From Ruditapes philippinarum (taxonomy: Eukaryota), in contig NW_026853943.1 of NCBI RefSeq assembly GCF_026571515.1, positions 62,001 to 126,000 on the forward strand: a DNA stretch of 64,000 nucleotides, written 5' to 3'. The notes beneath the pieces are model-generated. The model was not told the DNA's origin. It searched no databases and worked only from the letters and a program-made list of their open reading frames with translations. Positions 14,231 to 27,025 of the stretch are shown here, piece after piece. Both the position numbers and the translations under genes were made by a program. Position 1 is the first letter of the stretch. Each line of letters begins with the position of its first letter.

Positions 14231-14957
14231 TCAATGGTTTGTCATAAAAACTTTGAAGAACAAGCAACAACAACAACAACGACTTGAAGATAGATGGTAC
14301 AATTTTATCATGGAGTGTGCATATGTTCTTACAACAATGCAGGGGCGTGCCTCGGCTTATTTTGAGTATACGCCGAGTTCAGGTCTTTGGCCGAATGGTA
14401 GCCAGAGACTAACATCAGCTATTACAAGGGATTAAGGGGATATATAAGCGATGAAATGACATTTAATTGCACTAATATTGTCTTTATAGTTATGAAAAAA
14501 AAGTACATGTATTGAATGTAAGAGAAAAGTCTATAAGTGTGTACTGTCTTAAACAGTTCGGTTTAAGTTTCCTTTTTAACAAGTTTATTTCCTTGTTATT
14601 TTTTGTTGTTGTTTCATCATAGCGTAACATGAAATACAATCAAGGACAATATGCTTTAAATGATCTGCATTTCGATAATATGTTTTAGTGAAACAATATC
14701 TTAAATTGTATCCATAACTAAAACATAGTTGTTTTTATTCCGATCATTTAGGTTTTTTAAAACTATGTTTAAATGCGTGACATGTTAATGCGTCAACGTT
14801 GAGGAAAATAATTATAGTCTTTAACAGTTTTTTATCAACTCTTCTCTTTCAATTTTAATTCGAAATATTTAAGTTATTTCATCACGTAGTCTGCAAAGGT
14901 TCAAAAGGATCATTACGTAGTTAAAGAAGTTTTTGGGTGTTTTTTCATATAGACTTT

Positions 14958-15450
14958 CAGGCAAAATTAAAACAGTTCAATAGAATTTCTTAAAACTTGG
15001 CATGTTGTTAGAATATAGGAACACTTTAAGCAAAATTTGGGGGTCACTGCTTATCTGTCCCTGAATTTGGATTTTTGCTTCAGTATCAGATAATTCACAA
15101 TGAATGTAAACAATACCTATTGTTTTACTTATTTTATATTGTTTACTTCTGTTTGAGTGAATGTGCAAAATTTCATTAAGGAATAAAGAGTGGATTCTCT
15201 TTTTTCACCTTCTTTTCTAAAACTGTGACATAATTCAGATGTAAAGACATACCTGTTCGAATAAGTTATCTGCCTTTGAAATGAGTAAAAAAGTAAGTAA
15301 AAAGTAAGTATAATACTCTGTACAAGGGAAGATAGCTCAGAAGTGAGACCGTCGACCCCAAATTTGTTTCGCCCAAAATATTTCTATTATCATATTCTAA
15401 CAACATGCTAAATTTATAGAAATTCTATTAAACATGTTTAATTTTGTCTG
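14958..15450. mobile_element. MITE with about 90-bp imperfect TIRs
   Basis: caaaattaaaacagttcaatagaatttc...gcatgttgttagaatat...aatttggggg versus ccccaaattt...atattctaacaacatgc...gaaattctattaaacatgttttaattttg. Confidence 0.7.
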
Positions 15451-15545
15451 TATGTCTTAATGAAAACTCCGAAAAACGTCCTTAAAAGCCTAACGCACAT
15501 AAAACATGTTATCTTAAGTCAGCGAAAATATAAGAATAGACTTAC

Positions 15546-15740
15546 CCTGGAATTAAGAATATTCTATGCTTTTCCTTGCTAATCCAGGGGAACAAACAAA
15601 CATTTACAGCTCCGAAAATAAGCGCATAAGGTTGACTAATATATTGTAACAAGTAGTGCACTGTGAAGTTATAAATGTAAAATTGTGTTTGTACCGGGGG
15701 ATTTGCTAGAAAAAACCGGGTTTCGGATGTTATGACGTGT
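15546..15740 (-). promoter_or_regulatory. Putative 5' non-coding exon and promoter of gene 1
   Basis: Strong donor CCAGG|gtaagt at 15546/15545. The ATG exon has an upstream acceptor (aag| at 9370) and an in-frame stop before the ATG. A CRE-like TGACGT (about 15733) and a kB-like GGGGATTTGC (about 15697) lie just upstream. Confidence 0.3.
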
Positions 15741-15869
15741 ATACATTGTTCTCGTTGAATATGTGGCTATGTTTATATATATATATGAGACTACGTATAA
15801 TGAAAAATATCTCATTGTTTACAGAAATATGCAATTTATTTTATATATTCAATTAAATAAACGTTTTAT

Positions 15870-16810
15870 TTAATTTACCCATGAAATATGGTGCTATATC
15901 AGTCAAATATATTTCATATTTTTTAAAAATAAATATGAATTATAAATTTGAAAGTGGGCGGAGTCAAAACTCGTAATTATTTTAAGGAACTTCTTTCGCC
16001 ATTTTGTTTGAAAAATCTGATAAATACAAAACAACTTTTGTTGAATTTCGTTTTGAAAACTATCTAGAATGATAGAAAATGATCTAACAAAGAAAATAAA
16101 TCTGAACACCAATATCTTTAATTCAGTTATTAATTGCAAACTCCCCGCAGCGGTTTCTTCCCCTGATCAGTACATTAACCACTGCCACCACAAGTCGTCA
16201 GAGAGCCGAATATATTTTTTTCACTTTTAATTTTAAAATAGAATACTTTATTATTTTAGTTTTCTTTCATTAAGTTGTTATTCTTAATGTACTGTAAAAA
16301 ATATACGTATAAAAATTATCTTGTAAACATAACGAAAGGTATTTTCATTGTGACACCGTATGTATAGTAAACAATGACTGAAGTTAGGCAGTTATTAAAC
16401 GATTGCGCAAAGGATTTTGGTACGACACTTGTTTGAAAGTGTAAACAAATTGAGAACATATTTTTATCTGGAAAGGATGTAATTATAAATCTGCCAGTTG
16501 GATATGGGATCGATCCCATAGGATATCCTTGGTGTTCTGAAACTGGCCGCCATGTTTTTGTCACATGATACAACTATCGTCACGTGATTTCAGTGGTGGC
16601 AGTGGTTAAAGTAGCAAAGCGTGACGTAACCGCTGTGAGGAGTTTGTGTACAATTGCAGTTGCTTAGCAAGCAAGGGTGTTCGTTACCATTACTCTTTGA
16701 TAATGAAAGTAAATAAAAAAGATTTTTTTTTTGTTTTTCGTGAAATGTGGTATATATATTCGCTCCCGGCTTGTGAATATATGTGGATGTGGCATTTTAT
16801 CATGTTTCGT
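15870..16810 (+). mobile_element. Internally deleted long-TIR DNA transposon with a RecQ-helicase 5' fragment (Academ/AcademH-like)
   Basis: Long imperfect inverted arms (aattgcaaactccccgcagcggtt...ttaaccactgccaccac, 16132-16190, versus gtggtggcagtggttaa...aaccgctgtgaggagttt...aatt, 16593-16655). The core from 16374 reads MTEVRQLLNDCAKDFGTTLV*KCKQIENIFLSGKDVIINLPVGYG, resembling RecQ motif 0/I (KQ...GKDV...LPTGYGKS). Confidence 0.6.
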
Positions 16811-17138
16811 GAAAATATATTCCATATTTCACGAAAAAAAAACACAAAAAAATATCCTCTCAAGAAAAACTTTCTGCAGTGGTATATTTTGCAAATACTC
16901 TTTTTACGGTCAAATAAACAAAAATTGAGTATGGTTTGTGACGATAGATGTTCGCTGCAAAGATCTGATTTATTGGACCCAAATTATTCTACACAATTTG
17001 AAATAAATGTGAGATGAATAAATTTATAAACTTAGAAATGATATACTGACTTATAATGTCAAGGTATTAAAATTATAAATAGGAATCATATGGTCAACTC
17101 CCTTCCATTGTGCTACAAACGCCAAGCTGCAAACCAAA

Positions 17139-17422
17139 CACGGGTAAAAATGCACCACATGATTGTTTTATGTTTTGTTCACCATATGTTTTCCATATAT
17201 TTAACATATGAAAACTTATTCATATAAAAACATGTGATAACCATGAATTTTACATATGTTTGTTGACACATGTTTTTCATACGGTCCTGTTAAACATATG
17301 TTAATCTTACATTTGAAAAACAAATATTCTTAAACACATGTTTTTCTAAACATATGACAAACATATGTTTTACATATGGTGTACAAAACATAAATCAAAC
17401 ATGTGGTGCATATTTACCTGTG
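17139..17422. mobile_element. MITE
   Basis: TIRs cacgggtaaaaatgcaccacatg and catgtggtgcatatttacctgtg; internal catatg/acatatg repeats. Confidence 0.65.
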
Positions 17423-17544
17423 TGGGTGCAAATTTCTTCTTTATACTAACATTACATCATTCATTCTCCACTGAAAGCAAAATACAATGTATATAATTTG
17501 GCATCTTTAAGGTGGCACAGAAGTGACATGTGTATGTTTTTATT

Positions 17545-17755
17545 TATCTTGTTCGCACGAGATTCTATGTCGTGGCCACGAGTTATTAAGTCTCGCGCAC
17601 GAGATAATATGCCGTGCCACAAATTATTATGTCATGCGCACGAGATAATTTAGTCAAGTGAATGAGACACTATGTCATGGTCACGAGTTACTAAGTCGTG
17701 CGCACGAGATAATTGAGTCGTGCGCACGAAATACTATGTCGTGCGCACGAGTTTA
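17545..17755. repeat. About 21-bp minisatellite (gtcgtgcgcacgagata-like)
   Basis: About 9-10 degenerate copies of (t)atgtcgtg(c/g)(g/c)cacgag. Confidence 0.8.
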
Positions 17756-18714
17756 AATAATGATTTCAGAGCATGTTTGAAGAGAAAGAAGTGCTGAATA
17801 TACAATTATTTTTCATAAAAGTAAAGAAAGGTAAACAAAGTTCATGTAGTATTTTGACTTCCATACAAAATAGTAAATCATTATAACTTAGTGATTGCTA
17901 AAAAGCAACAGAAACAAATGAGTGTTCAAGTAATTGGCCAATAAGTAGCTCTTTGAAATGTTTAACTGTCCAAAATCTATATCAAACTCTCATTGTACTC
18001 TTAGGCAGAAAGTTTGCAAAAATCTCAAAATATGGTTTGTGAAATACAATGGTTATGACACATTTTGAGTACAATAGTTATTACATGTATATCGGACTCA
18101 TAATCAGCCTCGACTAGTGTCTCATCCAAAATAGGTTTGATAGCTGTGTATTCGTCTAATAGAATTCAGTTTTGTTCTCAACAATGTATAGTTATCCCAT
18201 AGAAAGTCAAACTACACCTGATTATCCGTTAGATAAAAACAGGTAAAAATATATTAAAGAATTTATTAAAACTAGAACAGTAAACATGAATTTATAAAAA
18301 AAACTTGTACGTATCTTCAGCGAAAATTTCGTTCTCTTTTTTTCTGTTTCTTCCTTTCAGTTTATACTTCCGATCCCACTAAGAGTTAATGCGTATTTGA
18401 TCAAAACATTTGTTGCAAATTATCATGAGCGATAACCGATTCTAATTTTAAAATACATCTCATTATTTGATAAAAGGTTTATTTATAATAAATTAGAAAT
18501 TTCGTAAGCATTTGATAGCTATATTTATCAATATTTGTACACCGATATGTTTGATGTTTTGCAGACAAAATGTTTTATTTGTTAAAACAGTATACAAGAT
18601 TATTTTTTGCGCAATGTCTATCAAAAACAAGTATTTTATATCTTCAGTATTTGTCTTAGAATCTTTAGTAGTATGTTAGACAGGTAGAGAAATCTAGGGC
18701 ACTGATATTTATTT

Positions 18715-18968
18715 TTGTTTGTTTGTTTTGATTGTGTTTTATGTCACACCGACACAATATAGGTCATATGGCGACGTTCCAGCTTTACTGGTGGAGGAAG
18801 ACCTTAGGTGCCCCTCCGTGCGTTGTTTTAGGCACAAACTGGCACCTGAGTAGAACCACCGACGTTCCGTAAGCTAGCTGGATAGCTTCCTCACATAAAA
18901 GAATCCAAAGTCCCTGTCGGGATTCGAACTACAGCAGTTAGGGGCAAGTGGTTTGAGTCAACGACCTT
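18715..18968 (-). mobile_element. tRNA-derived SINE (mollusc type)
   Basis: Reverse strand has a tRNA-like head with B-box (gttcgaatcc), a conserved body (gctatccagctagc...ggtcttcctccaccagtaaagctggaacgtcgccatatgacc) and a (caaa)n tail. Homologous copy at 46830-47068. Confidence 0.8.
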
Positions 18969-20143
18969 ATAACAAAATGTTTTGGAATAATTTTATCCAA
19001 ATAACAAGAACATCACAACAGCACAAAGAATAAACACTGCCACATTTTACAGATTAACAAAATACCAGAGAGATAGATAAGACATTGGCAAATTCCTACT
19101 CAGTTAAATATCACCCGTGCTTGTTAAACTTAAAACTTATAGCGAGTAAAACTTATTAACCAGATATCAAAGTCAGTTAAATAGTACATTTATACATATG
19201 ATACTATGCATATGATGAAAAACTGGCTCACTGAGTATATTCTGCAACGGTTTTTTAGTGAAAGGCATAGACAGTTACCAATATTTTGACATGCAGCAAT
19301 ATATAGAAAATTTAACTTTCAAATGATGTATACTTTGAAAAAATCTAATCTAGGTGTATTAAATTTAAATGCCTATTTTATCATGTTTGATAAGCATTGG
19401 TGATATTATAATAGAGTATGTAGGAACAGCTTATCTCTGTTATCTATATTTTTGTGAATACATACGTTTTTTATCATTAACTTATAATGCTTAGCTTATA
19501 CTTTAATTTTCATTTTTGTTAATGCGAGCGCACCGTTCTTGCATGTCTTACTATATGCGTGACTTAGGGCGTTATGTAAAGTAGCTTAAAAGAGAAAAAA
19601 AGAGAATAAATTTCATGAAACTGAACTAAGTTTTTGTTTTGTTTTATATAGCAATAAATCGTATACCCCAAGTTGTTTTCTTGCTTCTGAAAACAAATGC
19701 TTTAATAACGCTCTAATGTAGTTCATTTCTTAGAAATGAAGCTTAAAATGGAAATAAGTCAATAAATCATTGTTCATTATTTATGGGCCAAATGTGAACT
19801 TGCAAAACCGGCTGTTGATTAATGATGTACATACAGGCTTACCAATCTTATACGAGTGATCAGTGAAATGTACTACTGGTACGTTTAAACAATAAGTAGA
19901 TTTCTGGTATTTTATTTGAGGTTTACACACTTATAAAATTAGAAATAGGGTTTGTAATTAATATCAAGAAAGAAAGCAAGAAGGGCTTATTTACTTCATA
20001 CACTTATATAGAATATGGAGGTAACAAACACCCAAAGGAAGCATGAAATCTTCGAGCATGATCAACCTGTCATTACCTTATCTGTTTTTATTGTTGTCTC
20101 AAGCACAACTTATTTATAAATATTGTTGATGATTGCTTGTTAA

Positions 20144-20927
20144 GGTAGACCATGGGTAATGCATTACCTCCACTTTGAAGAGTATTCAAATAGGCTAGAA
20201 TCACTTGTCAACTACATTGAAATTGAGGGGCGTGGGTTCAAACCCCAGAAGGTGCAACTTTGTTTCTTTCTTTTTTTTCTTTTTAACATTATTTATGTAT
20301 CTCTCAGATCCCTTATGAAAGAAAAAAGTGTTTGATTTTAATTATAAAATTATTGTAAGTATTTATTTGCTAAATAATGCCAAATGTAATATCAAATATG
20401 ATACCAGATATTTTCAAAGCTTAATAAAATAAAAATTGCACGGTAAAATATTTTTTTTATTTCGCATGATCAACTAAAGTACTTTTAAAAAAATTTAGGG
20501 CAAACTTTGAAAACAGCCCTTCTTTCTCATTGTTGTAAATTTTAGGGTTATTTCTATGTAGGGAAATGGTCAAATAAGTGTTTTAAGCGGGTGGGGTAGG
20601 GTAACATTTTTATACATATGAACAACATTTTGTTTAGAATTAATACTTTTGCTCGTGTAATTTGTTACCTGAATGTATTTATTTATTTCTCAACAATGAG
20701 CAATAGCAAAACATATTTCATAATGATGAGATTATTAAGAGATTTCTCTAAAATCTGAAAAAGGCCCTTTTAGTAGCAAAGTTTAAGTTCAGAAATATAT
20801 CCATAACTCATAGACCACACGGTAAATTTCATTTTAATTTTGCATACAGCTGACCTTTAAGGCACATAACTGTCCTATGTTGTCAATTTTTACAGTTCCT
20901 TATAGTGCCTATTACCCATGTTCTACC
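20144..20927. mobile_element. Non-autonomous TTAA-specific DNA transposon (Kolobok/piggyBac-like)
   Basis: TTAA|GGTAGACCATGGGTAAT ... ATTACCCATGTTCTACC|TTAA: 17-bp TIR with one mismatch, TTAA on both sides. Confidence 0.8.
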
Positions 20928-22329
20928 TTAAAATGAATATGAAACATATGTGCTGAAAGACAGTTTTTATTTATGTCTCAATTAATTAATCACTATGTAA
21001 TCTTGGAGGGCATCTTGAATATCTCAAAACGCTCAAAGGTGACGAAGTGTCACCAAACGGGTTTTCAATCTTCATAATTAATCCTTTTTCAAAATATCTA
21101 AAAGAAATACCCAAATTACCCCAAACTCAGTTTAATTGTAAAATGAAAAAATAAATCCAAAAAGACACAAAATGCTTATACTGGGAATAAACTTAGGTAT
21201 AAATGTTAAAATTTGATAACTCAGAAAGTTTTGGATTTAAATAAAGATTTGAGTCTGGTTGAACAAACATGATAGATATACAATGCAGTTTTATGTATGC
21301 TAGAAAATTAAAATGGCTTAGTAATTTTCAATTTATGTCGGTTAAGTTCTATCTTGAAAAGAGAACACTAAACCGTCCCGCAAAAGTCAACAAAATTCTA
21401 AAAGAAAAACAGTAAAACAAACAAATAATACCAACAACAACAATAACAAGAACAACAAAAACAACAACAACAAACAAACAAACATTCTAAACAAACAATA
21501 TACAAATAATATTTAATTGGGTCTATTTCATTTGTTAGTTGTATATAATAATTGTACATATATATAAAAACAGAATTTATGATTCTGTAAGAAGTTAATA
21601 AGGCTCTTTTATTTTGAGTTTATAATATAAAACCTCACGCATATTCCGTATCAACTTTTACGATTAATTTTATACCAACCGATAAAAGAGGTTGTTTAAG
21701 AACAAGATTATCTGGGTTATCGACGTACTTTATTTAACATGCTCTTGAACATAGATCCACTATTAAAACTTTTTGCGGTCAAGAACAAGAATTAGTGGAG
21801 CATTTTTTATTTTGAAGTTTGAACTTTTACAAATATCACTAGCTGGTAAAATAAAAAATCAATTTTTTATCAACGATGTCAATACGAATTTGCAAACCTT
21901 GTTTTAAATCATATTTTATTTATATTTTATAACTAGACGGATAGTAATTTAGTACCTATACTATGCTTTAAGTTTTGAGACACAGTTTTTTTTATATAAA
22001 TACTATTCGACAACAGTACATACTGCAGCTTCTGTACCAGTAATGCATGTCTGATTATAATGCCCTGTTTTCTTAATAGATTATGAGAAAATATAACAAA
22101 ACTACACAATTAAAAGCCTCTACCGAAGACAAAAAAGATAACATTTTTGCATTGTTTCAGGCTATTTTACACACACACACTGTCCAGCATTGAATGCAAA
22201 ACGAAATCATTAAAAGACATCATACTTCTAATCTTGTAGATTAAATTGAATGTTTTTGCATTTCATTGATATTTCAGAATTCATAATTTCTTAGTGAATG
22301 TAGTGCCATGGCGGTTTTTTTCTACTGAA

Positions 22330-22633
22330 AGTGACATTATGCATATTACATCGAAGTGTAGTTTGAGAGTGTAAAGGTAAAAACAACTTTACATTATACA
22401 TTCAATACGCTAAAATAATAAAATACTCACATACCATAAGGACATTGCGTATTTTATCAGTAACGACCAAAGGACAAAATCAGTTGGGATTTTTTTTCAT
22501 AATTTTAGGTAGTTTTTCCTTTAACATTTAACATTAAAATTTATTAATCAATCACCATTAAAATAGTCGTTCTTATCAAATATGAAGCTAATTCAGCTTC
22601 ACTTGACAGCGGCAATTTGAGCATAATGTCACT
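22330..22633. mobile_element. MITE with TIR AGTGACATTATGC
   Basis: agtgacattatgc ... gcataatgtcact; same termini as 30755-31063; flanks are not a clean TTAA. Confidence 0.55.
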
Positions 22634-22858
22634 TTTGAGTCGCTACAGCGAGACATGGACGGTAGCTTGCATTAAACACTTCCGATGATCGAACTAAGCA
22701 TGTAATATTTTCAATATTTTACTGTTTGGCGTTCTAAAGGTGTGTATATTATTCAACTCAAATGCTTTGGTTAAAAAGAAATTTATAGTCTTAATGACGT
22801 TCTATAAATCCAAAATTTATGTCATGTCATAAAAATGCTTTGCATAACTAAATTCGAG

Positions 22859-24109
22859 TTATTCTAAGATGTACAGTATTGATGTTAAACACAGCAAAGT
22901 AGAGACCAAATTTGTTACACCATAAACAAATGCGTTACTACCGCTTGTTACCATGTCGGCAACACGTATTCTTCTGCAAGTAGCATAGTTAAATAGGTGA
23001 CTCATGCTTGATACATCATCGGACCTTTTACGTCTATTCATATTTTCATCACAGAGTGACCCTACTTTAATTCCATAGTACGTTCTGTGATATTCAATCG
23101 ATTTCTTTGATGGGGCTATACGGCATTCTTCATCCTCATACTCAAAACATTCAATGTAATCACTAAACATGCTCATATCCGCCCCGTAGAAAATCTCGCG
23201 CTGGTGATGATATGGACTGCTAGGAAGTACTGTCATTGTAGGTAGCATTGCAACAATATCTCTATAATGTACTATTCGCCAGCTTTTTGAAAGATATTTA
23301 TCGTGGTTCATGGCATATTTGCGGTCACCAGGTCTTGGCATACCGAATGTGTAGAGCGTAGTGGTTTTATTATTAATGACGTTATCAAATACAAGTTGAG
23401 CCGCGGCTATGGACGCCACAGCCCCACCAAGCGAATGTCCAGTTATAATTACTCTATATGATGGATACTTATTGACTAGATCTTTTAAACTCGCCTTTGC
23501 GCATGGATATATCTGATCATTTGCATTACTGAAATACACTTGTATTTTCCCTCCAACTTTAGTGGAAACTTTGAATTTTCCAAGTACTGTGGTAAATTCT
23601 TCAATAAGCTGTTTTGGACTTGTTGTTCCACGATAAGCCAGAATGATTTTCTTCATTGAATGGGAAACCGCTGTTATTGCATAACACTCCTTGTATTTAA
23701 AGAGATAATTACATTTTCGTCCAATAATTTCAACAATTTTGATATGTCCAAATTCCTTTATTCTATTTGCACATTCAACAGGTTCGTCTGTGTAAGCCAG
23801 AGCAGAATAAAATGTAGCATTTGACGCTTCATACGGTTCAAACAATCCACTCTTTGACCCATTTTGGTAGCTTCTGTCACATTTCAACGAATCTACAACG
23901 TTGCATAGGGTCGATATCCTACTGTCTTTGCAATTTTTGCAATTATTGTAAAATGACCCTGGTGTATGGCAGGTATTGGTCATTTGACACCATCTACAGT
24001 GTACAAAGAAGGTACTTGAACTTGCGCACGAACGGCAATCTGTGTAATCACTGCAAAAACATTGCGCAACAGGCAAAGATACTAAAACCATTAACACAAT
24101 GAATTCCAT
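22859..24109 (-). CDS. Secreted class-3 lipase (Lipase_3) with N-terminal PSI-like Cys-rich domain and C-terminal hydrophobic (GPI-like) tail, 416 aa, single coding exon
   Basis: Signal peptide MEFIVLMVLVSLPVAQC; oxyanion region IILAYRGT; nucleophile elbow ITGHSLGGA; LYTFGMPRPGD; RIVHYRDIV (catalytic Asp); YHH and EYHRTYY (catalytic His); RRKR site then a hydrophobic C-terminus. Confidence 0.93.
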   Translation of the reverse strand: MEFIVLMVLVSLPVAQCFCSDYTDCRSCASSSTFFVHCRWCQMTNTCHTPGSFYNNCKNCKDSRISTLCNVVDSLKCDRSYQNGSKSGLFEPYEASNATFYSALAYTDEPVECANRIKEFGHIKIVEIIGRKCNYLFKYKECYAITAVSHSMKKIILAYRGTTSPKQLIEEFTTVLGKFKVSTKVGGKIQVYFSNANDQIYPCAKASLKDLVNKYPSYRVIITGHSLGGAVASIAAAQLVFDNVINNKTTTLYTFGMPRPGDRKYAMNHDKYLSKSWRIVHYRDIVAMLPTMTVLPSSPYHHQREIFYGADMSMFSDYIECFEYEDEECRIAPSKKSIEYHRTYYGIKVGSLCDENMNRRKRSDDVSSMSHLFNYATCRRIRVADMVTSGSNAFVYGVTNLVSTLLCLTSILYILE

Positions 24110-25424
24110 TTTTTAAGTAGCACTTTCTTTAAAACGTGTATCCTTTGCGCTTTTTGTTTCAACTAATACACGTTTTAAAACTACAATGGTTATTTTACTT
24201 GAAGACGAAAACAAGATTGAAATTGACATCATATCTAATCATTTGGCCACTCAAAGAAAGTAGTGGTAATTCATCTTATCATATTTCTTTTTGTGAACGG
24301 GGATTTTTAAGGGTTTACATTATTTTAAATATGACGAACGTTTTACCCAATTTTTAGAACAAAATGTTAGTAGAATGAAAATAAGCATGACTGATAAACA
24401 AATCAAATAGAGCTGTATAATCAATTCTCAGATTTCTATGTCCCTACCGAGGACATCAAATGAAATAAATGTTGAGATTAAAAGGGTAAGGGCGACAGAC
24501 GATAGCTGTATTCTTACTAATTAGCGTAACGATAAAAAGAAAATAGCTCGTGAAATAAGTGAAATATGTAAAAGTCAATAAAGAATGACGTTTACCCGGA
24601 CGGATTTAATTAAAACCGTGGTTCGTGTAATGAGGATTGTAACACTGTTATTTTTTATAGAATGATACTTGTACGTGTGTTTATTTTATTAAATGACTAC
24701 AAATAGATGCTGCTGTAAAACTTTTATTTAGATATTTCATTAATTTATTTTTAAAATTGAATTCATCCAATAATAAACATATAATTATATTTTGAACATT
24801 GTTCTACAAGTTTGGTCTGATTGCCCAATCGAACTCAACCAATTACAATTTGCTTGAATATAGATTTACACAGCGTACCGTTAATACTTATTATATATAT
24901 AATAATTAAAAACACTGGGATAATTATTCTGAATATGACATATTCGACGAAAAGATGTACTAACAAATAATTATATTGACGTATTTATCATTCGATTGAT
25001 GTAAGCTAGAAAATCTTTAGGCATATGATCAACGTCATAATAGTCCAACCTGTATACAATATTATTTACTATAGATTTAGAATGCAAGAAAACATTACAG
25101 ATCATTCCTCACTTCTTAGTACAAAAAGTACGGTATCACTTTTATATTCATATTAATGTTTACTGCATAAAACATTTCCTTACTTTTCATTTGTTTTGTT
25201 ATATTCCATGTGCCTGTCCCTTTTAATATAGTTATGATTTTCTATCAAAATGTACTTTATTTTACAAACTGTAGTTTATTTTTGTTTCTTTCATTGATAT
25301 ATTTTGATATTAAGTACGTATGTCATTGTTACCATGTTTGAGTTTTGACCTATCTAATGATAGGCCAAGAGCACACAGAATTGTAAATTTTGGCCGGGTT
25401 GCACAGGTGCACGGGTTATAGTAT

Positions 25425-26350
25425 TGACAGGTGGTCCCATACTCTGGGATTCGATTTCAGGTCTGTCACTCATCATCTTCCTGTTTACCGACTTAAATTT
25501 TCGATATTAGTAGTCAATGGTAGGAAAGTTTGTATCAGTTTTCTCAGCAACTACTTATCACAGCCTCTTGATATTTGGTATACAGCATTGACACATGGTC
25601 CCATACTGTGGGATTTGATTTCAGGTCTGTCGCTCATCCACTTTCTGTTAATATGCAACTTACTTCAATTTTTTGACATTAATGGTCACTGGTAGGAATT
25701 TTCGTAACAGTTTAATAAGTAACTACTTATTACAGCCTCTAGATATTTAGCATACTGTATATGAATGTGGTCCCATACTGTGGGATTCGATTTCAGGTCT
25801 GTCACTCATCTACTTCCTGTTTTCTGACTTAAGTTAAATTTTCGACATTAATGGTCTATGGTTAGAAATTTTCGTAACAGTTTTCTCAGCAACTACATCT
25901 CACAACCTCTTGATATTTGGCATACAGCATTGACACTTGGTCTCATACTGTGGGATTCGATTTCAAGTCTGTCGCTTATCCACTTCCTGTTTACAAACTT
26001 AGTTAAATTTTCGACATTTATGGTTAATGGTAGGACAGTTTCGTAACAGTTTTCTCAGCAACTACTTATCACAGCCTCTTGATATTAGGCATACAGTAGA
26101 GACACATGGTTCCATAACGTGGGATTTGATTTCAGGTCTGTCGCTCACCACTTCCAGTTTACTGAGTTAGTTGAATGTTTGACATTAATGGTCATGGGTA
26201 GGACATTTTCGTAACAGTTTTCCCAGCATTTACTTTCACAGCCTTTTGATATTTGGAATGCAGCATTGACACGTGGTACCATACAGCGGGGTTCCATTTC
26301 ACGTCTGTTGATCATTTACTTCCTGTTTAATGACTTAGTTACATGTCCAA
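25425..26350. repeat. Tandem array of about 170-bp units (5-6 copies), probably a TE-internal satellite
   Basis: Repeated tgggattcgatttcaggtctgtcactcatc...acttcctgttt...ttcgtaacagttttctcagcaactacttatcacagcctcttgatatttgg. Confidence 0.85.
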
Positions 26351-27025
26351 ATTATTGTAAAATGGTTCACTTTTTTCGTAACATAACAGCATCATGATAT
26401 TTGATAAAGAAATGCAACCCGGCCTATGCTGTCTTTGACCTATTTTTTTATTTATTTATTCTTTTTTTATTTGAATATTAAGTCGTTCATATATTTTTCT
26501 TAATTTTAAAGTTGTTCATTTATTATTGTTGAAATCGACTGCATAATATCTTTAGAGTACCATGTTTCCAATACCTTTTATTTACATGCTTAAAGATCCT
26601 GTAACACAACTTTTTTATGGTTTTGTATCATCAAATTAAGATTAATCAATATCGTTAGTTCCAAAAAGCATTATTTATAAAAATATTACCGAATTTAACA
26701 TTTCGTGTAAATAAAGGGAGTCAAAAAGTTTATTTTCTATAAAGTTTAAGTCAATTCAATTTTTTCAATATTGCTAATGGTTTTAAAGCTGTGTTTTCTT
26801 AAATATGGATATTATTGAATCATCCTCGACATCGGGATTCTCAATATTTTAGCTCACATTATATAGCGATAGCTCAGCTATTACAATAAGGCAAAGATGC
26901 CCTGTCCGTCCTTCATCCATATTTCAATGATATCATATTTAACTACTGGTCCAATTTGAAAACATAAGTCAAAATTCTCATTTCTTGTGTCTTTGCAAGA
27001 ACACTTTAAATAAATTTGGTCTATT

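Noticed and set aside
18880-18968. tRNA gene candidates (also 46830-46880)
   Set aside because: No complete cloverleaf; these are SINE heads.
25425-26350. Regular repeats resembling a CRISPR array, and ORFs 25390-25695 and 25858-26046
   Set aside because: Whole units are repeated with no unique spacers, there are no cas genes and the context is eukaryotic; the ORFs are repeat translations.
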